Numbered from the stretch's first letter, positions 1 through 9,630 are shown. The stretch is 64,000 nt of DNA from an uncultured Clostridia bacterium (GCA_947175555.1 CAMWNK010000001.1:28547-92546); one strand, 5' to 3'. Made by a program: numbers and translations. The notes: generated by a model from the sequence alone, not told the origin.

Positions 1-2
1 GC

Positions 3-1253
3 GGGAATAAGAAAGATCCCAACGTCATAGAGGTTATCGACGAGGCTTGCGACGAGTGTCCTATCGGAGGTATTTACGTTACGCCCGCGTGCAGGGGATG
101 TCTCAATCATATGTGTTATCACGTCTGCCCGCGCAACGCTATCACCGTCGTCAATAATAAGCCTATTATAGATAAGGATAAGTGCGTGGAGTGCGGCAGA
201 TGCGTACAGGCTTGTCCTTACAATGCAATTATTCATCAGCAGCGTCCCTGTATGATGAGCTGCAAGGTCAAGGCGATAAGCATGAACGAGGATAAGAAAG
301 CGCGTATAGACTTTTCTAAGTGCATTATGTGCGGCGCATGCGTATATCAATGTCCCTTCGGCGCAATACAGGATAAGTCTTACATACTCGATTGTATCGA
401 TTTGCTTAAGAAATCGGAGGGCGGTACCAAGTACAAGGTGCACGCGGTAATTGCTCCCGCGATAGTCAGTCAGTTCAAGTACGCCGCTATAGAGCAGGTA
501 ATTACGGGTATCAAGATGCTCGGCTTCCATCAGGTTACCGAGGCTGCTCTCGGCGCGGACATAGTGCTGTATCACGAGGCAGAGGAGTTTAAGGAAAAGG
601 GCGTTATGACCACGTCATGCTGTCCCTCTTTTGTCATGTTCGTGGAGAAGAACTTCCCCGAGCTGAGACAATATATCTCATCTTCCAATTCTCCCATGGT
701 AGAGGCGGCTAAGCTGATAAAGCGTACCGATCCTACCGCAAAAGTCGTCTTTATCGGACCTTGCACGAGTAAGAAGATGGAGTTTAGGATGCCCAAGACG
801 GAAGGCGCAGTCGACTGCGTCATATCCTTTGAGGAGTTGCAGGCGTTCCTCGATGCGCGCGACGTAGACGTCGCATCGCTTGACGGCACTCCGCTCGATA
901 ACGCGTCGTACTACGGCAGGATATTCGCAAAGTCGTGCGGTATAGCGCAAGGCATCAAGGCGGTGGGAGAATCGATGGGCGTTACCGACATCAATCCCAT
1001 AGCTATGAGCGGTATAGACCAATGCCGCGTCAATTTACTCAAGCTGAAGATGGGCAAGGCTGCCGAGAACTTCTTTGAGGGTATGGCTTGCGACGGCGGA
1101 TGTATCAACGGCGCACTGTGCCTGCATCACGGCATGAAGAATATGATCGACGTAGACAAGTACGGTCAGTCTGCTAAGGAGAAGAATATCGAGGGCTCCG
1201 TCAAGCTGTATAAGATGAGTTTGCAGGCGGAAGAGGACAGGAATTCGCATTAA
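3..1253 (+). CDS. [FeFe] hydrogenase catalytic subunit (HydA-like) with ferredoxin-type 4Fe-4S domains; 5' end cut by window edge
   Basis: Frame is open from nt 3 (..ACRGCLNH precedes the first ATG at 111). Two CxxCxxCxxxCP motifs (CVECGRCVQACP, CIMCGACVYQCP), then the three H-cluster signatures TSCCP, GPCTSKK and EGMACDGGCINGA. Confidence 0.8.
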   Translation, partial: GNKKDPNVIEVIDEACDECPIGGIYVTPACRGCLNHMCYHVCPRNAITVVNNKPIIDKDKCVECGRCVQACPYNAIIHQQRPCMMSCKVKAISMNEDKKARIDFSKCIMCGACVYQCPFGAIQDKSYILDCIDLLKKSEGGTKYKVHAVIAPAIVSQFKYAAIEQVITGIKMLGFHQVTEAALGADIVLYHEAEEFKEKGVMTTSCCPSFVMFVEKNFPELRQYISSSNSPMVEAAKLIKRTDPTAKVVFIGPCTSKKMEFRMPKTEGAVDCVISFEELQAFLDARDVDVASLDGTPLDNASYYGRIFAKSCGIAQGIKAVGESMGVTDINPIAMSGIDQCRVNLLKLKMGKAAENFFEGMACDGGCINGALCLHHGMKNMIDVDKYGQSAKEKNIEGSVKLYKMSLQAEEDRNSH

Positions 1254-1394
1254 AAACCTTATAAAAGGTTGCTAATTGTAATAAGTATATTATACAATAA
1301 GACGCGACTTCGCGCCTTATTGCGCGTTAAGTAACGCGGCGCAAAGAGTGCGCATATATATCACGGATAACATCGGGCATAAAGGAATAGGTAA

Positions 1395-2927
1395 ATGAAA
1401 CTTTTGCATAAACTGAAAGAAGCGTTAGTCAGCGTTGCGCCTGTATCGGCGATAGTGCTGATACTATTGTTTTCTTTCGGTATCGATAAGTCCGTAATAA
1501 TCAATTTCGTCATAGGATTTATAATGATAGTCGCGGGTATTACGCTCTTTTCTTTGGGCGTAGATATATCCATGATTACCATAGGCGAAAATATCGGTTC
1601 TAAACTAATTAATAAAGAAAAACTTAAGCTGGGCAAGAGCAGCGCGGCGCGTCAGCTTATAATCGTCATGATTATCAGCTTGATACTCGGCATAGCAGTT
1701 ACCGTTGCAGAGCCCGATTTATGGGTGCTTGCAGGTCAGCTCGAAGCGGTGTTCGGCAATAAACTTTTACTTGTTTTCCCCGTTGCGATAGGCGTAGGAT
1801 TTTTCCTTATTATTTCCGTTCTTCGCGGCGTATTCGGATTCAAGCTCAACTATCTTTTGCTTGGCTCATATGCGTTAGTATTTATCTTGGCTATCGTTCT
1901 TCAGGTGGTCAATCCCGAGTTTTTGGCAGTAGCGTTCGATAGCGGCGGCGTAACCACAGGTCCTATTACCGTGCCTTTCGTAATGGCTTTCGGTATAGGT
2001 ATAGCCTCGGTGCGAGGCGACAACAAGGCGGAAGATAACTTCGGTATAGTCGCGCTGTGTTCCGTAGGTCCGTTGATAGCAGTCATGCTGCTTGGACTGT
2101 TTTTCCCCGGCGGAGAGATGATTATCGAAAGCTCGGGCGGAGCGTTCGGTCCCGTGCTACTTGGCTGTCTTAAAGAGGTGTCTATAGCTATCGCGCCTGT
2201 AGTTGCGGTATTTTTGGTATTCCAGTTTGCAAAGTTGAGACTGCCTAAGAAAAAGGTCGCCGTAATATTGTCGGGCTTGCTTTACGTATATTTGGGACTG
2301 ATAGTATTTCTTACGGGCGTTAAGTACGGATTTTCCGAGGCGGGCAGCGTGCTCGGACACACAATAGCCAATTCCGCATGTTCGTGGCTGTTGATGCCGC
2401 TCGGCGTGGTAGTGGGATTCTTCATAGTCTTTGCAGAGCCTGCCGTCCACGTGCTTACCAAGCAGGTAGAGGAGATGACTACCGGCACGATTAAGCGCAA
2501 GAGCGTCATGCTCGCGCTCATGTTCGGTATGGCGGTAGCTTTGCTCATAGGCATTATCAGGTCTATGTACGGAGTATCCATATGGTGGTTTATTGCCCCC
2601 GGTTACGCTATCGCGCTTGCGCTCACCTTTGCCGTGCCTAAGGTATTTACGGCAATAGCGTTCGACAGCGGCGGCGTTGCCAGCGGACCTATGGCGTCAA
2701 CATTTATTCTGCCGCTTGTGATAGGCGTTGCCGATGCGCTCGGACGCAATGTGCTCACCGATGCTTTCGGTACGGTTGCGCTCATAGCCATGACGCCCCT
2801 TCTTACGATACAGATATTGGGCTTAGTAGGCGTTATCAAGTCTCGCAGAGCTGCACGCAAAGCTCCCGTGCAGACTAACAAGGCTATCGAAGGTCTTGAT
2901 TTGGAAATAATAGAGTTCGACGAGTAA
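1395..2927 (+). CDS. DUF1538-family polytopic membrane protein
   Basis: 510 aa and highly hydrophobic, with an internal duplication. The repeated motif AFDSGGVTTGPITVPF / AFDSGGVASGPMASTF is as I recall for DUF1538. It is followed by P-II-like genes, the usual context for this family. Confidence 0.7.
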   Translation: MKLLHKLKEALVSVAPVSAIVLILLFSFGIDKSVIINFVIGFIMIVAGITLFSLGVDISMITIGENIGSKLINKEKLKLGKSSAARQLIIVMIISLILGIAVTVAEPDLWVLAGQLEAVFGNKLLLVFPVAIGVGFFLIISVLRGVFGFKLNYLLLGSYALVFILAIVLQVVNPEFLAVAFDSGGVTTGPITVPFVMAFGIGIASVRGDNKAEDNFGIVALCSVGPLIAVMLLGLFFPGGEMIIESSGGAFGPVLLGCLKEVSIAIAPVVAVFLVFQFAKLRLPKKKVAVILSGLLYVYLGLIVFLTGVKYGFSEAGSVLGHTIANSACSWLLMPLGVVVGFFIVFAEPAVHVLTKQVEEMTTGTIKRKSVMLALMFGMAVALLIGIIRSMYGVSIWWFIAPGYAIALALTFAVPKVFTAIAFDSGGVASGPMASTFILPLVIGVADALGRNVLTDAFGTVALIAMTPLLTIQILGLVGVIKSRRAARKAPVQTNKAIEGLDLEIIEFDE

Positions 2928-2937
2928 GGAGAGAGGT

Positions 2938-3279
2938 ATGGCTAAACGCGGAGAATATAAATTGCTTATATCCATACTCAACAGAGGTATGGGCAGCGAG
3001 ATGGAGAAGTTGCTTTCCGCTCGCGGCGTGTATTGCAGCGCGGTTGCGATGGGTACGGGTACGGCAGGCGGCGAGATACTTCAGTGGTTGGGACTCGCTT
3101 CTAAGGATAAAGACGTCGCAATGGCGCTCATACGCGGAGATTTGGCAGAGGAAGTCATGCGTATGGCAGAGGATATATTTTCGCTTACCGTCAGCGGCAG
3201 CGGCATAGTATTCACCGTTCCTCTCGCGTCTATAGTGGGACGCAAGAGCATTGATATGATTGAAGGCAGGAGGGCATAA
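2938..3279 (+). CDS. P-II-like (nitrogen regulatory protein P-II superfamily) small protein
   Basis: 113 aa; starts 11 nt after the DUF1538 gene with RBS GGAGAG. The beta-alpha-beta pattern (KLLISILNRG..., IVFTVPLASIVG) is typical of DUF1538-associated P-II-like proteins. Confidence 0.6.
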   Translation: MAKRGEYKLLISILNRGMGSEMEKLLSARGVYCSAVAMGTGTAGGEILQWLGLASKDKDVAMALIRGDLAEEVMRMAEDIFSLTVSGSGIVFTVPLASIVGRKSIDMIEGRRA

Positions 3280-3281
3280 TT

Positions 3282-3701
3282 ATGGATAACAGCGATATCG
3301 TTTACGAGCTGATAGTAACTGTTGTGGACAGAGGTTTTTCCGAGCGCGTTATGGACGCCGCCAAGAGCAAAGGCGCAAGAGGCGGCACGGTATTGCACGC
3401 AAGAGGTACAGGCAGTAAGGAAGCTATGCAGTTCTTTAATATCACCGTCCAGCAGGAGAAGGACATTATCATTATCGTTGCTCCCAAGGATATCCGCAGC
3501 GATATCATGCGCGAGATTGCCATAGCCAATTCCCTTGAAGGCGGTCAGGGCACGGGTATTACTTTCTCGTTGCCTGTAGACAGCATAGTCGGCTTGCGCA
3601 AGAATAGCAACAACGCCGCGCCTGCAGCTACTCTGACAGAAGAGGCGGATAAGCCTACCGAGCAGTCGGATAAGACTGCCGATGAAGAGAATAAGGCTTA
3701 A
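3282..3701 (+). CDS. P-II-like small protein with Ala/Glu/Lys-rich C-terminal tail
   Basis: Paralogous pattern to the preceding ORF (ELIVTVVDRGFSERVMDAAKSKGARGGTVLHARG ... ITFSLPVDSIVG). Starts 3 nt after the previous stop. Confidence 0.6.
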   Translation: MDNSDIVYELIVTVVDRGFSERVMDAAKSKGARGGTVLHARGTGSKEAMQFFNITVQQEKDIIIIVAPKDIRSDIMREIAIANSLEGGQGTGITFSLPVDSIVGLRKNSNNAAPAATLTEEADKPTEQSDKTADEENKA

Positions 3702-3731
3702 TAAATTTTTTGATTAACAATACACGTTATG

Positions 3732-3760
3732 GCGGAGACTTATAATCTCCGCTTTTTATT
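3732..3760 (+). terminator. Rho-independent terminator after the DUF1538/P-II operon
   Basis: GCGGAGA-cttataa-TCTCCGC stem-loop followed by TTTTTATTT. Confidence 0.65.
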
Positions 3761-3805
3761 TGGTTAAATTCGGCTTTGCCGATTGTATGGCGCGCGTACC
3801 CACTA

Positions 3806-3833
3806 TTGACATCTTTTGCCAATGAATTATAAT
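3806..3833 (+). promoter_or_regulatory. Sigma-A type promoter
   Basis: TTGACA (3806-3811), 16-nt spacer, TATAAT (3828-3833), about 60 nt upstream of the 3893 ATG. Confidence 0.5.
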
Positions 3834-3892
3834 GGTTATAGAGCAGCATATCGATATCGTGCGATGTTTTAGCATTGATAGCAGGTGATTGT

Positions 3893-4504
3893 ATGAAAAA
3901 GAAGTCGGTTTTAATAATTATAGTCGTAGCCGTGCTTGCAGCCGCAATCATTGCGGGCTCGGTTGTGATACATCTGTATCGCACGGGATATTTCGGCATG
4001 AATTCGCCGTCTGTGGATTGCAGTTACGATGAGGTGAAATCGGCTGTGCAATGTCCGCCGCTCATATCCAAGGACGCGCTTTTGTCCTGTTATCCCGATT
4101 ACAATCTAAAGGTTACGTTATACGCGGACGGATTGTTTAATACAAAATCTCTTTTGCGCGGCAAGCAGAGAGCTGTTATGTATGGCATAAGCGTGGGAGA
4201 TATAGATATTTACTGTTGGGACAGGGCGTGTGGCAATTTGCACCTTGGCGGAGAGTTTGGATTGGGAGTTGCCGGCGGCGATATGCTCGCTATGGCTAAA
4301 AGCACGGGTGAGTATACTTCTTGGGGCGGTGAGATATTCTATATCGCAGATAACGGCGGAGAGGGATACTATGATAAATATATATATTTCGCCGATTATA
4401 CAGATTCTTTAGGTAGGACGTACCGCTACGCCGTTGCGGGATCAAATGAATCGGAGCATATTGTTACGATACAGATGTGCAAGACGCTGTTGACGCTTGA
4501 TTGA
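3893..4504 (+). CDS. Hypothetical N-terminally membrane-anchored protein
   Basis: ORF track starts at TTG 3875, but ATG 3893 follows RBS AGGTGA. The N-terminus MKKKSVLIIIVVAVLAAAIIAGSVVI is a signal/anchor helix. No recognisable family. Confidence 0.5.
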   Translation: MKKKSVLIIIVVAVLAAAIIAGSVVIHLYRTGYFGMNSPSVDCSYDEVKSAVQCPPLISKDALLSCYPDYNLKVTLYADGLFNTKSLLRGKQRAVMYGISVGDIDIYCWDRACGNLHLGGEFGLGVAGGDMLAMAKSTGEYTSWGGEIFYIADNGGEGYYDKYIYFADYTDSLGRTYRYAVAGSNESEHIVTIQMCKTLLTLD

Positions 4505-4532
4505 CGAATTAATTAAGACAGTATCGCCTTAT

Positions 4533-4569
4533 GACGCGCTTGTTGCACGCAGGCGCGTCGTTTTTTTTA
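4533..4569 (+). terminator. Rho-independent terminator
   Basis: GACGCGC...GCGCGTC stem followed by G + T8 (4561-4568). Confidence 0.65.
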
Positions 4570-4705
4570 CAAATAAATATATAAGAATAGGAATTTATCG
4601 CTATATAAGAGCTCATTCGAGTTGCAATAATATTTGCTTTATTGCTAAGCAAATTATATTAATTAAAATTTAGTGAAAAAGCGAGCAATTAGTTTCCAAA
4701 AATAC

Positions 4706-4734
4706 TTTACTTCTTTAGCACAATAAAGTATAAT
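4706..4734 (+). promoter_or_regulatory. Candidate promoter of the yerC-like/his operon
   Basis: TTTACT (4706-4711), 17-nt spacer, TATAAT (4729-4734), 24 nt upstream of the TTG start at 4758. Confidence 0.4.
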
Positions 4735-4757
4735 GATTTAACAAAGAGGTGATTTAA

Positions 4758-5036
4758 TTGGAAAATATCGAGCGTCTTAAAGAAGACTTATACGACATAC
4801 TCGTATCCGTGGGCAACGCAGAGGACTGCAGATTGTTGCTTGAGGACCTTTGCACCAATAAAGAAGTAGAGCAGATGGCTCAGCGCGCTTATGCCGCTAA
4901 GCTATTTCTCGAGGGTAAGACTTACGCGCAGATAACGGAAGAGATAGACATTTCTTCCGCCACGCTCAGCCGCGTATCGCGCTGTATCAATTACGGCGGT
5001 GGCGGCTATGCCAAGTTTGTAAAGAGGGATATATGA
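4758..5036 (+). CDS. YerC/YecD-family TrpR-like DNA-binding protein
   Basis: 92 aa, TTG start after RBS AGAGGTGA. Pattern ..CTNKEVEQMAQRAYAAKLFLEGKTYAQITEEIDISSATLSRVSRCINYGGGGY parallels B. subtilis YerC (..SLSQRFEVAKML..RTY..I...TGASTATISRVNRSLNYG..GY) as I recall it. The stop overlaps the hisZ start. Confidence 0.75.
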   Translation: MENIERLKEDLYDILVSVGNAEDCRLLLEDLCTNKEVEQMAQRAYAAKLFLEGKTYAQITEEIDISSATLSRVSRCINYGGGGYAKFVKRDI

Positions 5037-6109
5037 CGTATAGCGAAGAGAGATTGCCGCTCGCGCTCGGCGAGTTGTATGCCTCCTACGGATACCGTAA
5101 GTACCGTATGAGACGCTTTGAGGAGTATGCCCTGTACGTTGACAATATGGACTTCCTCGCAGATAAGAACGTGATTACGTTCGGCGGCGCGGACGGCAAG
5201 CTGCTTGCGCTTCGTCCCGACGTTACGCTGTCTATAATCAACAATACCAAGGCGGATTGCGACTGCGGCGAAAAGCTGTATTATAACGAGGCTGTATTCA
5301 GACTGTCGGGCGACGACGGATATGCGGAAATCAGACAGACGGGCGTCGAGGTCATTGGTAAGGTGGATATACTTGCCATGGCTGAGATAGTCGAGCTGAT
5401 AATCAAGAGCCTTGCCATGCTCAGCGACAGCTACGCTCTGGATGTATCGCATAGCGGGCTGATACACGGCATAGTATCGTCTCTGCCCGTAGACTCCAAG
5501 TGCAAGGCAAAAATATATGACGAGATAGCCCGTAAGGGCGTGCACAATCTCCGCGCGATTGTTCGCAGCGAGGGATTGCCGGAGGAGACGGCGGCGTCTT
5601 TATCCGCGCTATGCGCGCTCAGTGGCGCGCCTAAAGATGTATTGCCCGCGCTCAAGGATATTGCAGTAGGAGATGAAGCGGTTGGCGCGCTCAATCAGCT
5701 CACACGTCTTTGCGAGTTGCTTGATAAGCGAGGTCTCGGCGATAAGATAAGGCTTGACTTTTCCGTAGTCAATCATCTCGATTATTATAACGGCATTATT
5801 TACAACGGCTTTATACGCGAGTATCCCAAGGCGGTGATAGTGGGCGGTCAGTACGATAAGCTGCCCGAGAAGCTGGGTAAGAGAGCGCAGGCTATCGGCT
5901 TTGCCGTTAATCTCGAGGCAACGCCGTATGCGGCGGCTCCGCCTGTCGATATCGCTCTTGTATACGGCGAGGACGACGATGTTAGTAAGGTTATGGAGCG
6001 CGCCGACGAGTTGCGCGCGCAGGGGAAGAGCGTATACGTCGGCATGAGCGCGCCCAAGTGCAGGATAGGCACGGTCTTAGCTTTCGGCAAGGAGGAAGAC
6101 CTATGTTGA
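5033..6109 (+). CDS. hisZ: ATP phosphoribosyltransferase regulatory subunit
   Basis: HisRS-like paralog (LRPDVTLSI motif) directly upstream of, and overlapping, a short-form hisG. Position in the his operon. Confidence 0.85.
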   Translation: MTYSEERLPLALGELYASYGYRKYRMRRFEEYALYVDNMDFLADKNVITFGGADGKLLALRPDVTLSIINNTKADCDCGEKLYYNEAVFRLSGDDGYAEIRQTGVEVIGKVDILAMAEIVELIIKSLAMLSDSYALDVSHSGLIHGIVSSLPVDSKCKAKIYDEIARKGVHNLRAIVRSEGLPEETAASLSALCALSGAPKDVLPALKDIAVGDEAVGALNQLTRLCELLDKRGLGDKIRLDFSVVNHLDYYNGIIYNGFIREYPKAVIVGGQYDKLPEKLGKRAQAIGFAVNLEATPYAAAPPVDIALVYGEDDDVSKVMERADELRAQGKSVYVGMSAPKCRIGTVLAFGKEEDLC

Positions 6110-6720
6110 ATATAGCTTTGCCCAAGGGCAGATTGGGAGAGAAGGTATACGCGTTGCTCAGCAGTATAGGATATGACTGCAAGGAATGGAATCCCGACAA
6201 CCGTAAGCTCGTATTTTCCGACGAGGAAAAGGGCGTGAGTTATTTTTGGGTTAAGCCGTCCGACGTAGCCATATACGTCGAGTTGGGCGCAGCCGATCTG
6301 GGCGTTGTGGGCAAGGACATCTTGCTGGAGTATTCTCCCGACGTATATGAGCTGAGCGACCTTAAAATGGGCAAGTGTCGTATGGCGGTTGCTGCCAAGA
6401 AGGACTTTATCGACGATATGGAAAGACCTCTTAGGGTGGCTACAAAATTCACTCATATAGCACGCGGCTATTACGCGTCGCTCGGCAGAGAAATACGAGT
6501 TATTAAACTTAACGGCTCCATCGAGCTTGCGCCTATTCTCGGACTGTCCGACGTAATCGTGGATATAGTGGAGACGGGTACTACTCTTAAGGAAAATAAT
6601 CTTGAGGTAAAAGAGGAGATAGTGCCTATCAGCACGCGACTTATAGCCAATAAGGCTGCCTATAGATTTAAGAAAGAGGGCATTGACAGACTTATGTCTT
6701 TATTGGAGACTAAACTATGA
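6103..6720 (+). CDS. hisG: ATP phosphoribosyltransferase, short form
   Basis: ATG at 6103 follows RBS AAGGAGG. N-terminus MLNIALPKGRLGEKV is typical of HisG. About 205 aa, the short HisZ-dependent form. The track ORF start at 6058 is probably upstream read-through of the frame. Confidence 0.9.
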   Translation: MLNIALPKGRLGEKVYALLSSIGYDCKEWNPDNRKLVFSDEEKGVSYFWVKPSDVAIYVELGAADLGVVGKDILLEYSPDVYELSDLKMGKCRMAVAAKKDFIDDMERPLRVATKFTHIARGYYASLGREIRVIKLNGSIELAPILGLSDVIVDIVETGTTLKENNLEVKEEIVPISTRLIANKAAYRFKKEGIDRLMSLLETKL

Positions 6721-7985
6721 TAGATATAATTGACGCACTCGAGGCTAAGCGTCGCGGAATATTCAACAGGAGCGCGGAGGTAGACATAGGCATTACCTCG
6801 CGTGTTGCGGATATAATTGCGGACGTAAGGCAACGCGGAGACGTCGCGCTTGCCGAGTACACACGTCTGTACGATAAATGCGATTATGACGGCAAGCCCG
6901 TATCCAAGGAAGAGATAGACGCGGCATATGCGCGCTGCGATAGCGCTATGATAGATATATTGCGCGAGGCTCACGCCAATATTGCGGCATTCCACTCCCG
7001 TCAGCTTGGCGGCGGCTTTGAAATGAATGGTGAGGACGGCATCGTACTGGGGCAGAAGGCAACTCCGCTTGCTCGCGTAGGTATTTACGTTCCGGGCGGC
7101 ACAGCCAGTTATCCGTCCACCGTGCTTATGAACGCCACTCCCGCTAAAATTGCAGGCGTAGGCGAGATAATTATGGTTACGCCTGCGGGCAGAATTAAAG
7201 ACGAGATACTTATCGCAGCCGATATTGCGGGCGTTGATAAGATATATAAGGTGGGCGGCGCGCAGGCGATAGCCGCGCTTGCTTACGGCACTGAGAGCAT
7301 AGCCGCAGTAGATAAGATTACAGGTCCCGGCAATATTTATGTCGCGACGGCAAAGCGTCTTGTATTCGGACAGGTAGACATAGATATGATAGCAGGTCCC
7401 AGCGAGGTGCTTATTGTTGCGGACTCTTCTGCCGATGCCGATTGCGTCGCAGCCGATATGCTCTCGCAGGCAGAGCATGACAGACTTGCCTCGTCCGTGC
7501 TCGTAACCGACGACAGAGACCTTGCCGCTCGAGTAGCAGTCAACGTGGAGAGACGACTTGCATCTTTGCCCAGAGCGGAAATTGCGGCAGCGTCTATATC
7601 GGACAACGGCAAGATAATCGTATGCGACAGCATTGACGAAGCTATAGACATCGCCAATGCTATTGCGCCCGAGCACCTCGAGCTATATACGCGCTTTCCC
7701 TTTGACGACCTCAAGAAAGTGCGTAACGCAGGCTCGATATTTTTGGGCGGCAATACGCCCGAGCCTGTCGGGGATTATTTTGCAGGTCCCAATCACACAC
7801 TTCCTACAGGCGGCAGCGCGCGGTTTTCTTCTCCGCTTTCGGCAGAGGACTTTATCAAGCGTTCGTCTTATATTTATTACACGGATAAGGCGCTTGAGCG
7901 CTCTAAGGATAAGATAATCGCCTTTGCGACGTCTGAAGGACTGACTGCTCACGCCGAGAGCGTGGCTGCGAGGTTTAAGAAATGA
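6717..7985 (+). CDS. hisD: Histidinol dehydrogenase
   Basis: 422 aa; GPGNIYVATAKRLVFGQVDIDMIAGPSEVLIVAD and QAEHD motifs; 4-nt overlap with hisG. Confidence 0.95.
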   Translation: MIDIIDALEAKRRGIFNRSAEVDIGITSRVADIIADVRQRGDVALAEYTRLYDKCDYDGKPVSKEEIDAAYARCDSAMIDILREAHANIAAFHSRQLGGGFEMNGEDGIVLGQKATPLARVGIYVPGGTASYPSTVLMNATPAKIAGVGEIIMVTPAGRIKDEILIAADIAGVDKIYKVGGAQAIAALAYGTESIAAVDKITGPGNIYVATAKRLVFGQVDIDMIAGPSEVLIVADSSADADCVAADMLSQAEHDRLASSVLVTDDRDLAARVAVNVERRLASLPRAEIAAASISDNGKIIVCDSIDEAIDIANAIAPEHLELYTRFPFDDLKKVRNAGSIFLGGNTPEPVGDYFAGPNHTLPTGGSARFSSPLSAEDFIKRSSYIYYTDKALERSKDKIIAFATSEGLTAHAESVAARFKK

Positions 7986-9046
7986 GCAGATTCTCAAGCA
8001 GTTATCTTCAATCTCTTACGCCTTACACCCCCGGGGAACAGCCGAGGGATAAGAGCTATGTCAAGCTCAATACCAACGAGTCGCCTTTTCCGCCGTCTCC
8101 GCTTGCAATGGCTGCGGTCAACGAAGCGCAGTTGTCCGACTTGCGTCTCTATTCCGATCCGTCGGCGGACGAGCTTACTTGCGAGATAGCGCGCTGTTAC
8201 GGTGTGGATAAGGACAATATTATAGTTACCAACGGCTCGGACGAGGCGCTTGCATTCTGTTATCTTGCCTTTTGCGACAGGGATAGAGGCATAGCTTTTG
8301 CGGACGTAACGTACGGATTTTATCCCGTCTATGCCGCGCTATTCAACGTCCCTGTCAAGGTGATACCGCTTGATAGCGATTACAAAGTAAACGCTACGGA
8401 TTATCTCAATCTCGATTGCAATATACTTATCGCCAATCCCAACGCGCAGACGGGCATAGCCATAAGCGCGGAAGAGATAGAAGAGATAGTCTTATCCAAT
8501 CGAGACAGGGTAGTCATTATAGACGAGGCGTATGCCGACTTTTCACAAGTAAGCTGCGTGCCTCTTGCACTTAAGTATGACAACGTCGTAGTAGTGCGCA
8601 CTATGTCCAAGTCCCGTTCGCTTGCGGGCGCGAGGATAGGCTACGCTATCGCGTCTAAGCAGCTTGCTTGCGACTTGCGCACCGTCAAGTTTTCATTCAA
8701 TCCTTACAATCTCGGCAGACTGCCCATCATCCTCGGCGCGGCAGCGTTGAGGGATAAGGCATACTTCGACGATTGCGTCGCAAAGATTAAGGATAATAGG
8801 GCGTATCTTACGCGCAGTCTGCAAGATAGGGGCTTTTACGTCCTGCCTTCTTCCGCTAATTTCGTGCTTGCGCGCAGCGGTGCGATAGGCGGCAGGCAAT
8901 TATATCTCGCGCTTAAGGACAGAGGAGTGCTTGTCAGGCACCTTTCGGATAAGCGCATTGAGGACTTTATAAGAATAACCGTAGGCGACAGGGCTGAGTG
9001 CGATGCTTTGCTCGCCGCGATAGACACAGTTACGGAGGTATTATGA
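7982..9046 (+). CDS. hisC: Histidinol-phosphate aminotransferase
   Basis: KLNTNESPFPPSP near the N-terminus; PLP-lysine motif MSKSRSLAGARIGY. Confidence 0.9.
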   Translation: MSRFSSSYLQSLTPYTPGEQPRDKSYVKLNTNESPFPPSPLAMAAVNEAQLSDLRLYSDPSADELTCEIARCYGVDKDNIIVTNGSDEALAFCYLAFCDRDRGIAFADVTYGFYPVYAALFNVPVKVIPLDSDYKVNATDYLNLDCNILIANPNAQTGIAISAEEIEEIVLSNRDRVVIIDEAYADFSQVSCVPLALKYDNVVVVRTMSKSRSLAGARIGYAIASKQLACDLRTVKFSFNPYNLGRLPIILGAAALRDKAYFDDCVAKIKDNRAYLTRSLQDRGFYVLPSSANFVLARSGAIGGRQLYLALKDRGVLVRHLSDKRIEDFIRITVGDRAECDALLAAIDTVTEVL

Positions 9047-9630
9047 GAATAGCGGAAATCAAGCGTACCACGTCCGAGACAGACATCTCAATCAAGCTGA
9101 ATTTGGACGGCAGCGGCAAGTACAACATTTCATCGGGCAGCGGATTTTTGGACCACATGCTGCAATTGCTGGCAGTTCACGGCAGACTTGACCTTGATAT
9201 CGACTGCAAAGGCGATACGCATGTAGATATGCACCACAGCGCGGAAGATATCGGCATTGCGCTGGGCGACGCTCTTGCCAAGGCGCTCGGCGACAAGGCG
9301 GGCATATGCCGCTATGCAGATATCCTTCTTCCTATGGACGAGGCGCTGATAATGTGCGCTTTGGATGTGAGCGGCAGGAGCTATCTCAATTACGACGTCG
9401 TTACTTATACCGATAAAGTAGGCGACTTCGATTGCGAGCTTGTCAAGGAATTTATGCTTGCTCTCGTGCGTCGCTCGGGTATCACGTTGCACTTTAAGAT
9501 GTTTGCGGGCGAGAATTCTCATCACATTATAGAGGCGGTATTCAAGTCGCTTGGCAGGACGTTGCGCGCCGCTGTATCGACGGATATATCGCTCGGCGGC
9601 GCGATACCGTCCAGTAAGGGAGTGCTGTAA
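9043..9630 (+). CDS. hisB: Imidazoleglycerol-phosphate dehydratase
   Basis: ATG at 9043 (ATGA overlap with the hisC stop, RBS GGAGG). RTTSETDISIKLNLDGSG and DMHHSAEDIGIALG motifs. The track start at 8998 lies inside hisC. Confidence 0.9.
   Translation: MRIAEIKRTTSETDISIKLNLDGSGKYNISSGSGFLDHMLQLLAVHGRLDLDIDCKGDTHVDMHHSAEDIGIALGDALAKALGDKAGICRYADILLPMDEALIMCALDVSGRSYLNYDVVTYTDKVGDFDCELVKEFMLALVRRSGITLHFKMFAGENSHHIIEAVFKSLGRTLRAAVSTDISLGGAIPSSKGVL

Noticed and set aside
6660-7676. 338-aa ORF on the minus strand
   Set aside because: Antisense shadow of hisD. The same applies to 11659..12372 (antisense to hisIE), 18062..18700 (tsaD), 17319..17993 (prfB), 57528..58472 (glgB), 59581..60306 (glgD) and 61028..61858 (glgA).
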